From Halieaceae bacterium (GTDB lineage Bacteria; Pseudomonadota; Gammaproteobacteria; Pseudomonadales; Halieaceae): a stretch of 52,817 nt of DNA. The translations under genes were made by a program, and so were the position numbers. This document shows, piece by piece, positions 39,109 to 48,558 of the stretch. The notes beneath the pieces were generated by a model. The model saw nothing but the letters and a program-made list of their open reading frames with translations. It was not told the origin of the DNA and did no database searches. Positions within the stretch are counted from its first letter, which is position 1; each line of letters begins with the position of its first letter. The stretch is taken from positions 1 through 52,817 of the forward strand of contig JABIZW010000161.1 of NCBI GenBank assembly GCA_018666295.1, given 5' to 3'.

Positions 39109-41123
39109 CAGTTCCCCTTAATCAACCGGCGCTTTAAAAATCGCGCCGGGGAGATTGCTTGTAGCAGGTAGCGAGGCAGCGGAGGCGCCCGTCGGAACAT
39201 TTGAGACACGAGGACTTCCGCGAGAATGGGCGCTGAGGTGAGCCCGCGTGACCCCAGGCCGGTCATAAGCCAAAGACCTGAATAGTTCGGTTGCTTTGCA
39301 TTAATTATTCGCTTTCTGTTGTGCCTCAATCCTGCGAAGGTCGCATTAAATTCGGCCTCGTTAGGAACTGAGCCGACGATGGGAAGGTAATCGCTAGTGG
39401 CGCAGCGAATAGCCGCGGCACCACGAAGTGACTCGGCTGTGACGGATTCGGCAAGCGAGGGGATATTGTGAATGAGCTGGTTAACGTTGGTTTGGTGATC
39501 CTCGTCACGTTCATCTGTCTCGACGTCGTTGAGACCGTAGGTGGCTCCGACACAATGTGATCCAAGTCGTGCTGGGGGGGTGTAACCTTCATGGCAGACG
39601 GTGCAGTTGAGGTGCGCCAGTGCGCCCTTTGAATCAAGCATGGTCGTCTGTCCGCGAATTGGCTGGAGCGGGAGCCAACTCAGTCTCTTGTCTTGATTCG
39701 CAGCCCATGCAGTGGTTACGACACTGGTGTCGCCGACCGCCAAGGTTTTTCCTTCGGCGTTACAGGCGATCCAGAGGAGAGAGTCGTGCTGTTCAAGTGT
39801 GATGGGACCCACACCCTCAATCACCCGGATATTGTCATGCTCCAGCAGTTCCCGGCAGATTCCTTGAGGGTTGAGCCACCCCGACTGCGGGAAGTGGATG
39901 CCGGGTCGTTCAAGCTTAACCCCAGAGATTCGACTGGCTTCAGACGCACTAATGAGTCGCAGTGGACTATCAGGGTCGTCAAATGTGCTGCCCAGCCTTT
40001 CGTGGGTTTGTGGGTCGCTTAGCTGGATGTACCCATTGAGTTCACCGTCTACGCCCACCTCGAGCGCGGTGCTGGCAAATTTCTGATAGTGATGGTCCAC
40101 CGAGTAGGCGTAGGCGCTCAGTGAAAAATCCGAGAGCTTGCTATGCTTGTGCGAGGGTCGAGTATAGATGACTCCCTGAGGTTGCACAGAGCCTCCAGAG
40201 GCGATCTGATTTTGCTCCAGCAGGGTCACGCGACACCCCATCTCAGCCATGTTCCGAGCGATGTGACAGCCAGCCATGCCGCCCCCGATAACGAGGCAGT
40301 GTTCGGGCGCAACCCAGTATTGGGGTTGGTCCCACTGTGTTAATTCGGAGCTTGGGAATTGTGTGGTTATGGTCGATATATCGCTCAGGAAGTGTGCGTG
40401 AATACATTCGCGTTTTTTTCCGAAACCTGCACGTTTAGTGACCGTGAAGCCGCTCTCTTCAATGCGCTTTCGGACCCAACCCGCAGCTGTAAATGTCGCA
40501 ATCACTGCGCCTGGCGTGCTGAGTCGGGCAACGCAATCTAGGACCTGACCACTCCACATGGCCTCGTTCCTAACGGGAGTGAATCCGTCGAGAAACCAGA
40601 TATCAACCCAACGTTGATGGTGGCTTTGAAGATCAATGAGGGCTTCTTTGACATCCTCGAACCAAAAGTCGGCCATGAATCCTTTGACTACATTTTTCCG
40701 TCGGTGGCAGCCCGGGAGTGGGCTTGGCCAACGCTCAAGGAGCGTGTTTAAATTTTTGCTCAGACGATTAAAAGGGCTGTTGAGTGTCTTAAGTTGCGTC
40801 AGGGTCAGGGGGTATTTTTCGATTCCAATGTAGTGGCAGTGGGCTTCAGCGGGTCCAACGTCCTGCCATGCTTCCATGAGAAGCAACAGGTTCAGTGCGG
40901 TTCCGACGCCCAGCTCTGTGATCACGAGCGTTTGTCCTGGCGCGAGAGACGCCATCTGCCCTCTTACGTCGGCGCCTTCGAGGAACACGTACTCGCTCTC
41001 CGCTAACCCATCTGTTGGGGAGTAGTAGTCGTCATCGAATTGAGCGGATCGCGGTGTCCCGTCGACAAAATCGATCTCGGGACGAGACATTAACTGCCAA
41101 TCTTTGTTGCCTCGCTCGATCAT
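39108..41123 (-). CDS. mnmC: Bifunctional tRNA mnm5s2U34 biosynthesis protein MnmC
   Basis: 'FDDDYYS', 'WFLDGF', 'GFGKKRE', FAD motif 'VIGGGMAG', 'GLGSRGL'; true start may be 41090. Confidence 0.95.
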   Translation of the reverse strand: MIERGNKDWQLMSRPEIDFVDGTPRSAQFDDDYYSPTDGLAESEYVFLEGADVRGQMASLAPGQTLVITELGVGTALNLLLLMEAWQDVGPAEAHCHYIGIEKYPLTLTQLKTLNSPFNRLSKNLNTLLERWPSPLPGCHRRKNVVKGFMADFWFEDVKEALIDLQSHHQRWVDIWFLDGFTPVRNEAMWSGQVLDCVARLSTPGAVIATFTAAGWVRKRIEESGFTVTKRAGFGKKRECIHAHFLSDISTITTQFPSSELTQWDQPQYWVAPEHCLVIGGGMAGCHIARNMAEMGCRVTLLEQNQIASGGSVQPQGVIYTRPSHKHSKLSDFSLSAYAYSVDHHYQKFASTALEVGVDGELNGYIQLSDPQTHERLGSTFDDPDSPLRLISASEASRISGVKLERPGIHFPQSGWLNPQGICRELLEHDNIRVIEGVGPITLEQHDSLLWIACNAEGKTLAVGDTSVVTTAWAANQDKRLSWLPLQPIRGQTTMLDSKGALAHLNCTVCHEGYTPPARLGSHCVGATYGLNDVETDERDEDHQTNVNQLIHNIPSLAESVTAESLRGAAAIRCATSDYLPIVGSVPNEAEFNATFAGLRHNRKRIINAKQPNYSGLWLMTGLGSRGLTSAPILAEVLVSQMFRRAPPLPRYLLQAISPARFLKRRLIKGN

Positions 41124-41232
41124 ACTGATAAGCTCTCACATCGACGCAAAGACGCCGTAATTCGCATACGTGGTGATGCGAGCGGTCATTGTAAGCTATT
41201 CGTCATTCGCACTGTTTTTTTGGGGAAAAATT

Positions 41233-41736
41233 ATGGCCTTGGGTAATTCTACGATGACAAACGACCAGTTGGGCCAACTGACTGCTCACTTGTTAAACAA
41301 GGCTTTTATTGAAACGACGAGAACCGTGTCTAAAAGTATTTATCGACGCCTCGTGGACGGCGAGCTGGTTCACGTGACTCAACTCGAGTTCGAGGGCGAC
41401 GAGACGGTTCAATTAGATGTCAAACTTAATCATGCGGAGTACCAGGGAGACCTCAATTACTCCAAGTTTCGCGATAGCATTATGGCGTTGCTCCAAGAAC
41501 TGTTGACCGCGCTGAGCAGGGAAGGCGCCCTCAAACTATTCGAGGGCAGAGACGGTGATGGAAACCCCACACACACCCGACTGATGGGCGCTTCGGGTCC
41601 GACTCAGCACGAGACCGAGATTAACGTCTTGATGGTGTCGATGACACCGTCAGCCCGTGAGCCGCTCATTGTTATGGAACTTTTATACATGGACCCTAAT
41701 CAGTTTGCCGGCGCTGCTAATCGCGGGGAGTCGTGA
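41233..41736 (+). CDS. Hypothetical protein
   Basis: Protein-like 167-aa ORF filling the gap, GGGGA upstream of ATG 41233; no family recognised. Confidence 0.65.
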   Translation: MALGNSTMTNDQLGQLTAHLLNKAFIETTRTVSKSIYRRLVDGELVHVTQLEFEGDETVQLDVKLNHAEYQGDLNYSKFRDSIMALLQELLTALSREGALKLFEGRDGDGNPTHTRLMGASGPTQHETEINVLMVSMTPSAREPLIVMELLYMDPNQFAGAANRGES

Positions 41737-42206
41737 TCTAAGAGTTCAACAGCAGGCGGCGGTATCACTTTCACGGTTTGTTTTTGTGTGGGTGCAATAA
41801 CGCGCGACTCGCCGCGACAGACTTCTTTACCCTCTTGGTTTTTTACTGATAAGGACAGGCTGACCCACGGCTTTTTAGGGTGCTTGCTGTCCACGGTCAG
41901 TGCAATGGTAAGCGTATCTCCGAGAAAAATGGGGGAGCGGAACTCGAGATTTTGTCCCAGGTACACGGTGCCGGGACCGGGAAATTCCAGTCCAATTACG
42001 GCACTGACGAACGCCCCAATGAGCATTCCATGCCCGATACATTCGCCGAATTGTGTTGTCGCTGCATACTCAGGGTCGAGGTGAAGTGGATTGTGGTCAC
42101 CTGACACCACGGCGAAAAGTTCGACGTCCCGCGCTGTGACTAGACGACTAACTTCTATACCATCTCCTACCGCAAGTTCGTCAAATGTACTATTTGTTAC
42201 TTCCAT
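41700..42206 (-). CDS. MaoC/PhaJ-like (R)-specific enoyl-CoA hydratase
   Basis: Hydratase motif 'FAVVSGDHNPLHLD', 'GHGML', 'PGPGTVYLGQ'. Confidence 0.9.
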   Translation of the reverse strand: MEVTNSTFDELAVGDGIEVSRLVTARDVELFAVVSGDHNPLHLDPEYAATTQFGECIGHGMLIGAFVSAVIGLEFPGPGTVYLGQNLEFRSPIFLGDTLTIALTVDSKHPKKPWVSLSLSVKNQEGKEVCRGESRVIAPTQKQTVKVIPPPAVELLDHDSPRLAAPAN

Positions 42207-42248
42207 GGGGGCCTCGCGTGGGTCACTGATTGACGTGTTTTAGGAAAT

Positions 42249-42292
42249 ACATCAGAAAACACATCAGAATAGACATTAGAAAAACATCATAA
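42249..42292 (+). repeat. Four tandem direct repeats ACATYAKAA upstream of fadD
   Basis: ACATCAGAA (42249), ACATCAGAA (42261), ACATTAGAA (42273), ACATCATAA (42284); period 12/12/11. Confidence 0.8.
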
Positions 42293-42314
42293 CGAATAAA
42301 ACGGGGTTAACCGA

Positions 42315-44000
42315 ATGCAAGCCGATATCAGTGCCGCTATTGCGGCTCGGTACCAAGATCTCAATATTGAGTGGAATGTCGATGTCACGGCTTATCCGTC
42401 TATCGTAAGCCTGTTCGAAGAGGCTATGCGCAATTTCTCAGACCTGCCCGTGTGTTCGAGTCTTGGACACGCACTGACCTACCAAGAGCTTGACAGGCTG
42501 TCAGGTGATTTTGCCAGCTGGCTGCAGATCGACTCCGGGCTTGCAAAGGGCGATCGCGTGGCGATTCAGATGCCTAACTTGATGCAGTATCTGGTGGCTT
42601 GTATGGGTACTTTACGAGCTGGCATGGTTGTCGTTAATACCAACCCACTTTACACAGAGCGCGAGCTGGAGCATCAGCTTAATGACTCGGGAGCTCGGGT
42701 ACTGGTTGTCCAGGCTAATGTGGCTGAAGTTGCGTCAAAGGTCGTCGCGAAAACGAAGGTCGAGCGGGTTGTTCTGACGGAGATCGCTGACCTGCACCCG
42801 ATTCCTAAGCGCTGGCTCGTCAATGGCGTGGTCAAATATGTTAAAAAAATGGTGCCGAAGGTCCATTTTTCCAATGTCATAAAGTTCAATCAGGCGCTGC
42901 GGCGTGGTGCAACCCAGGCCTTTACGCCAGTCGACGTGTCGCTTGATGACCTTGCGATGCTTCAGTACACGGGCGGTACAACAGGTTTGGCGAAGGGCGC
43001 TATGTTGAGCCACGGAAATATCGTTGCCAATGTGATGCAGCTCGATGGTTTTTTTGAGACGTTTGGTATCGAGGCGCAGGGCAGTGTTTTCATGCAGCCG
43101 CTCCCGGTTTACCACATCTACGCGTTCACTATTTCCATGTATTCATTAAAAAAGGGCGCGCATACGCTGTTTATTCCCAATCCGCGAGACTTAGGGTCGG
43201 TAGTGGACGCTTTTGAGCAATACAAGCCGACCGTATTCTGTGGTCTAAACACGCTATTTGTGGCGCTGTGTAATGACCCGCGGTTTCAGAGCTTAACCTT
43301 TGAAAATTTAGCGCTCACGATGTCGGGCGGCATGGCATTGACGCAGGACGCGGCAGAGCGTTGGGCTGAAGTCACAGAGTGTAAAGTCTATGAGGGTTAC
43401 GGGTTAACCGAGACCTCGCCAACAGCGACCAGTAATCCCGGGAATGGGCGGCAGTTGGGCACTATTGGTATTCCTGTACCGCAAACAGAAGTAAAAACCG
43501 TGAACGAACACGGCGAGACGCTCGGATTTGGGGATGCAGGCGAGCTGTGCATCAAGGGTCCACAGGTCATGCAAGGCTATTGGCAGCGGCCTGAGGCCAC
43601 CGCAGAGGTGCTTGACGAAAGCGGGTGGTTTTCGACCGGTGATGTCGCCGTGATCCAGCCCGATGGTTACCTCAAAATCGTAGATCGCATTAAGGACATG
43701 ATCATTGTCTCGGGTTTTAATGTGTATCCCAACGAACTTGAGGACGTCTGTGCGAAACATCCTGGTGTGCTCGAATGTGCCGCCGTCGGTGTGCCTTCAG
43801 AAGCGACGGGAGAGGGCATTCGCATGTATGTTGTAAAGTCGGATACAGCACTCACTGAAGACGACGTCATCACCTATATGCGGGAGCAGGTGACAGGCTA
43901 CAAGGTGCCTAAGTCGATCGTCTTCAGAGACGATCTACCCAAAACTAACGTCGGTAAGATTCTTCGTCGTGAACTGAGGGACGAAGCGGCAAACGACTAG
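42315..44000 (+). CDS. fadD: Long-chain fatty acid--CoA ligase
   Basis: 'LQYTGGTTGLAKGA', 'EGYGLTETSP', 'TGD', 'SGFNVYPNE', 'KTNVGKILRRELR'. Confidence 0.93.
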   Translation: MQADISAAIAARYQDLNIEWNVDVTAYPSIVSLFEEAMRNFSDLPVCSSLGHALTYQELDRLSGDFASWLQIDSGLAKGDRVAIQMPNLMQYLVACMGTLRAGMVVVNTNPLYTERELEHQLNDSGARVLVVQANVAEVASKVVAKTKVERVVLTEIADLHPIPKRWLVNGVVKYVKKMVPKVHFSNVIKFNQALRRGATQAFTPVDVSLDDLAMLQYTGGTTGLAKGAMLSHGNIVANVMQLDGFFETFGIEAQGSVFMQPLPVYHIYAFTISMYSLKKGAHTLFIPNPRDLGSVVDAFEQYKPTVFCGLNTLFVALCNDPRFQSLTFENLALTMSGGMALTQDAAERWAEVTECKVYEGYGLTETSPTATSNPGNGRQLGTIGIPVPQTEVKTVNEHGETLGFGDAGELCIKGPQVMQGYWQRPEATAEVLDESGWFSTGDVAVIQPDGYLKIVDRIKDMIIVSGFNVYPNELEDVCAKHPGVLECAAVGVPSEATGEGIRMYVVKSDTALTEDDVITYMREQVTGYKVPKSIVFRDDLPKTNVGKILRRELRDEAAND

Positions 44001-44028
44001 GGTGTTGCGCAGTTGAGTTGAGGAGCGA

Positions 44029-47000
44029 GTGAGAAGAGAACCACAGGAACAACAGGTCGAGCGTCTGATCCCTCAACGCATAGACTACCCAGAAGGTCTC
44101 CCGGTTGTCGCGCGCAAAGATGACATTATGCGCGCCATTTCAGCACATCAAGTGGTGATAGTGGCCGGTGAAACAGGCTCCGGTAAGACGACCCAGCTCC
44201 CCAAAATGTGTCTCGAACTGGGTCGCGGAAAATACAAGCGTATCGGTCACACTCAGCCACGACGCATTGCCGCGCGGGCGGTATCGACTCGCATCGCAGA
44301 GGAACTCAAGACCTCTGTCGGCCAGTTGGTAGGCTATCAGGTTCGTTTTAACGACGATGTGACTGAGCAGACTGCGGTTAAAGTAATGACCGATGGTATC
44401 CTGCTGGCGGAGCTCTCCCGTGACCGACAGTTACAAGCCTATGACACGCTCATTATTGATGAGGCGCATGAACGAAGCCTCAATATTGACTTTATATTGG
44501 GCTATCTCAAGCGTTTACTGCCCAAACGACCCGATTTAAAAGTCATTATTACGTCGGCGACGATCGATGTTGAACGATTTAGTAAACACTTTAACGATGC
44601 GCCCATCATCGAAGTCTCTGGTCGGACGTTCCCGGTTGAAGTCCGCTATCTCGACAGCGTTGAAGACCGTGATCGTGGTGTTCAGCAGCAAGTCGTGCAA
44701 CTTGTCGATGAGATCGCCGAGGAGCACTTCGGTCCGCGCGGCGATATCTTGGTTTTTTGTCCGGGCGAGCGGCAAATTCGTGATCTGGCGAAGGCGCTGC
44801 GGGGCCGCGATCGCATACAGGTGCTTCCGCTTTATGCGCGGTTGAGTAACGCTGAGCAAAATCGCGTATTTAATCCATCGGGGCGGGGCCTGCGCGTCGT
44901 CCTTGCCACTAATGTTGCTGAAACGTCGCTCACCGTGCCGGGAATACGTTACGTGATCGATCCGGGTGATGCGCGCATAAGCCGTTACAGTCATCGCTCA
45001 GGCTTACAGAGACTCCCGATTGAGTCGATTTCCCAAGCAAGCGCAAACCAACGAAAGGGGCGTTGTGGGCGCGTCGCCGAGGGTGTGTGTTTTCGCCTTT
45101 ACTCTGAGGAGGACTTCCTTGCTCGCGCCGAGTTTACCGACGCAGAGATACTGCGGACCCATCTTGCATCGGTCATTCTTCGCATGTTGGAGCTCGGTCT
45201 TGGCGATGTGCGTAAGTTCCCCTTTGTGGATCCTCCAGACGCCAAGATGGTTCGCGATGGATTTCGGTTGTTGACCGAACTGGGTGCAGTCGATGCCCAT
45301 GCGAAACTCACACCCATCGGTAGAGCCATGGCGAAACTTCCGGTTGACCCTAAGCTTGGCCGCATTTTGCTTGACGCTGCGAGTCGCGATTGTCTCAACG
45401 AGGGTTTAGTCATCGTCAGTGCGCTGTCGGTACAAGACCCACGTGAGCGACCACCAGAGAAGCGGGCGCAGTCAGATCAGCAACATGCGCGTTTCAACGA
45501 CAGTCGCTCCGATTTTATGGCTTGGCTAAATTTGTGGCGCTACCTCGAGGAGCAGCGTCAGGCACTGACTCAAAATCAGTTGAGGAAATTGTGCGAGCGC
45601 GAGTTTTTATCGTATCTGCGGGTTCGAGAGTGGCGCGAAGTTCATTATCAACTTGTCGTCTCGTGCCGTCAGATGAACTTTCGAGTTGCGCCTATGAAAC
45701 CGGATGATGAGCAATACGCCGCTATTCATCGCGCGCTGCTGACCGGGTTGTTAGGCAACGTGGCTCAGCAGGATGAGGGGCGACGATTCAATGCCGCACG
45801 CAATCGGAAGGCGCAGGTCTTTCCGGCCTCGAGCCAGTATAAAAAGCCACCGAAGTGGTTGATGGCCGCAGAGCTGGTGGAGACATCACAAGTGTTTGCC
45901 CGACAGTGTGCGGCTATTGAGCCCGAGTGGTTATTGGAGACTAATCCGCTGCTGCTCAAGCGACACCACTACGAGCCTGCGTGGAGTGCTCGTTCAGGAC
46001 GAGTGATGGCGAAGGAGCGAGTTTCGCTTTTTGGACTTACGGTCAGTGACGGGCAGCGGGTGCACTATGCCAGTATTGATCAGAAGACGTCGCGCGAGAT
46101 TATGATCCGTGACGGATTGGTGTCGAATAATTTCAGGCATGCTCCAGGGTTTCTTAAACACAACCAAACGCTTGTCAGCGAGGTCATGGCGCTTGAGTCT
46201 CGGGTACGTCGGCGCGATCTATTGGTTGATGATGAATCAATGGTTCGCTTTTACGACGAGAGGCTACCCGAGGATTGTGCCAGCGCGGTCGCCTTGGATA
46301 AGTGGCTTCGACGCGATAGCACGGCGGACAGCAGCCTGCGGATGAAGCGTGAGCAAGTGCTTACCCGAGACCCGGGCGGAGAAGTTGAGGCGCAATTCCC
46401 TAAAACGTTGGACAGCAAGGGCGTGAGCTTCCAGCTGGTGTATCAATTTGAGCCGGGTGGTCAACAAGATGGCGTGAGCGTCATTATTCCGCGTGCGCTT
46501 TTAAACCGTGCACCGCGTTATCTATTTGAGTGGTTGGTTCCTGGGCTGTTGAGGGACAAATTGATTGCCCTGATTAAAGCGCTTCCCAAGCCCTTGCGAA
46601 AACAGTTAGTGCCTGCTCCCGATGTGGCGGATGCATTGCTGGAACGGCTCATCACAAACGATGAGCCGTTATCGCAGGCGCTCAGTCGAGAAATTAAGGT
46701 GCTGCGCGGTGTTTCTGTGTCGCTTAGAGACTGGGAGCAAGTTTCTTTAGAGCCGTTTTATCAGATGAACATTCGAGTCGTTGACGATCGAAAGAAGGTG
46801 CTTGCAGAAGGACGTGACCTCAAGACCTTAGTCGCACAGTTTAGAACGGAGTCACCCGTCGAGGTCGTGACCACCCGCAATAACCTAGAGCGCGTCAACG
46901 TAACGCGGTGGGATTTCCAAACACTGCCGACTGAATGGCGAGGAAAGTCTGCGGGCACTGAGGTCCTTGCTTATCCTGCTGTGATTAAAGAGGGGTCAGG

Positions 47001-47778
47001 GCAACTGGCGATCCGGCTGTTGGATTATCCGTCAGAGGCGGATCGTCAGCACCGATTGGGCGTCGCGGGACTGCTATTACAGAGTGATTTAAAGACGGCG
47101 AAATACCTGAAGAAACAATTATTTGTCGATAATGCGGCAACGCTTTCCTTGGCGGGTGCACGTCTTGAGCGAGAGCCGTTGATCGATGCGCTTATCGAGG
47201 GTGGGCTCTGGAGGCTTTTGGAAGGGAGGGCGCTGCCGCGCTCACCTGAACAGTTTGCCGAGGCTCAGCGCGTTGTGAACGCTCAATGGGTGCCTCATGT
47301 ACTTGAGATGGGCAATCATTTGATGGTCGCTGTGAAAACAGCGGCTCAAGCGAGTGCGACACTGGCCCGTTATAAAGTAAGTGAATACGCAGCCTCGCGT
47401 GCCGACATGACCGCGCAGCTGCAAGCGCTCTTTGAGGCAAAGCGCCTCGTTGAGACGCCAACACAGTACCTCTCTTACTATCCGCGTTACCTCAAGGCCT
47501 TGCTCAATCGAGCTGAGCGGTTGTCGGCTCAGGGCAGTAAGGACGAAAAGTCGATGGCCATGCTCGCGCTGCAGCTGGAGCGTTTAGCGAAGGGAAGACG
47601 AGATTATCCCGGTCTGGAGGTGCTATCACCTGAAGCTGTCCAATTTCGCTGGATGCTCGAGGAGTTTAGAGTCTCGCTCTTCGCTCAGCAGTTAGGCACC
47701 AAACTTCCCGTATCTGCCAAACGCCTCGATCAGCAGTGGCAATCCGTTGAGCACTGGATGACGAATAATCCACGTTAA
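44029..47778 (+). CDS. hrpA: ATP-dependent RNA helicase HrpA
   Basis: 'GETGSGKTTQLPK', DEAH, SAT, 'QRKGRCGR', C-terminal 'EEFRVSLFAQQLGT'. Confidence 0.97.
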   Translation: MRREPQEQQVERLIPQRIDYPEGLPVVARKDDIMRAISAHQVVIVAGETGSGKTTQLPKMCLELGRGKYKRIGHTQPRRIAARAVSTRIAEELKTSVGQLVGYQVRFNDDVTEQTAVKVMTDGILLAELSRDRQLQAYDTLIIDEAHERSLNIDFILGYLKRLLPKRPDLKVIITSATIDVERFSKHFNDAPIIEVSGRTFPVEVRYLDSVEDRDRGVQQQVVQLVDEIAEEHFGPRGDILVFCPGERQIRDLAKALRGRDRIQVLPLYARLSNAEQNRVFNPSGRGLRVVLATNVAETSLTVPGIRYVIDPGDARISRYSHRSGLQRLPIESISQASANQRKGRCGRVAEGVCFRLYSEEDFLARAEFTDAEILRTHLASVILRMLELGLGDVRKFPFVDPPDAKMVRDGFRLLTELGAVDAHAKLTPIGRAMAKLPVDPKLGRILLDAASRDCLNEGLVIVSALSVQDPRERPPEKRAQSDQQHARFNDSRSDFMAWLNLWRYLEEQRQALTQNQLRKLCEREFLSYLRVREWREVHYQLVVSCRQMNFRVAPMKPDDEQYAAIHRALLTGLLGNVAQQDEGRRFNAARNRKAQVFPASSQYKKPPKWLMAAELVETSQVFARQCAAIEPEWLLETNPLLLKRHHYEPAWSARSGRVMAKERVSLFGLTVSDGQRVHYASIDQKTSREIMIRDGLVSNNFRHAPGFLKHNQTLVSEVMALESRVRRRDLLVDDESMVRFYDERLPEDCASAVALDKWLRRDSTADSSLRMKREQVLTRDPGGEVEAQFPKTLDSKGVSFQLVYQFEPGGQQDGVSVIIPRALLNRAPRYLFEWLVPGLLRDKLIALIKALPKPLRKQLVPAPDVADALLERLITNDEPLSQALSREIKVLRGVSVSLRDWEQVSLEPFYQMNIRVVDDRKKVLAEGRDLKTLVAQFRTESPVEVVTTRNNLERVNVTRWDFQTLPTEWRGKSAGTEVLAYPAVIKEGSGQLAIRLLDYPSEADRQHRLGVAGLLLQSDLKTAKYLKKQLFVDNAATLSLAGARLEREPLIDALIEGGLWRLLEGRALPRSPEQFAEAQRVVNAQWVPHVLEMGNHLMVAVKTAAQASATLARYKVSEYAASRADMTAQLQALFEAKRLVETPTQYLSYYPRYLKALLNRAERLSAQGSKDEKSMAMLALQLERLAKGRRDYPGLEVLSPEAVQFRWMLEEFRVSLFAQQLGTKLPVSAKRLDQQWQSVEHWMTNNPR

Positions 47779-47832
47779 ATGCGCTGTTATTTTTGATAAA
47801 GTGCGATTGAGGGTTGTAGGAGGCTTTCATTG

Positions 47833-48558
47833 GTGCAAAGTTTTTTAAAATCGTTTTGTTGCATGTCACTGGTTGTGGGCGCTTTGCTGCCTGCCGCTTC
47901 GGTGAATGCGAATGACGACCCCTTTGAATCTCTCAATCGCGATATTTTAAAGTTCAACGACGCTGCGGATGAAGCGTTTCTGCGCCCAATTGCGGTGGCT
48001 TATGATACGGCGGTGCCGCGTCCGATTCGGCAGGGCTTTGTGAATGCCTATGAAAACCTGTCTGACGTGAATGCGGCGCTCAATGCACTTCTCCAAGGGC
48101 GACCCGTCCCTGCGGTCAAAAATACTGGGCGGGTACTCGTCAACTCGACACTGGGCATTTTGGGCACGATTGACGTTGCGACTGATATGGGGATAGAGCG
48201 TTACGAGACCGATTTCGGCCACACGTTGGCGCGGTGGGGGACTCCCGAGGGACCTTACGTCATGCTGCCGTTTCTGGGCCCCAGAACCTTCCGGTCGGGG
48301 TTTGGTGACCTTACGGACAGCTTTATGTCCGCCAACGACTATTTGTTTGACGATGATGCGATTACCTGGGGCACTCGGGGCTTGCGCGTGCTTGAGTATC
48401 GCGCTGACTTACTGGAGGCGGAAGAGCTGATAACGGGCGATCGTTATGTCTTTATTCGCGACGCTTACCTGCAAAATCGTGAAGCCCAGGTGAACGACGG
48501 TATCGTGGTCGACACCTTCTCTGACTTTGAGGACGATGAGTGGGACGAGGACTTTTAA
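47833..48558 (+). CDS. mlaA: MlaA/VacJ family phospholipid asymmetry protein
   Basis: 'DPFESLNR', 'NSTLGILG', 'DFGHTL', 'GPYVMLPFLGP', 'YVFIRDAYLQ'; SD AGGAGG before GTG 47833. Confidence 0.92.
   Translation: MQSFLKSFCCMSLVVGALLPAASVNANDDPFESLNRDILKFNDAADEAFLRPIAVAYDTAVPRPIRQGFVNAYENLSDVNAALNALLQGRPVPAVKNTGRVLVNSTLGILGTIDVATDMGIERYETDFGHTLARWGTPEGPYVMLPFLGPRTFRSGFGDLTDSFMSANDYLFDDDAITWGTRGLRVLEYRADLLEAEELITGDRYVFIRDAYLQNREAQVNDGIVVDTFSDFEDDEWDEDF

Noticed and set aside
42249-42292. CRISPR array
   Set aside because: Repeats are 9 bp with 2-3 bp spacers, far below CRISPR dimensions; no cas genes
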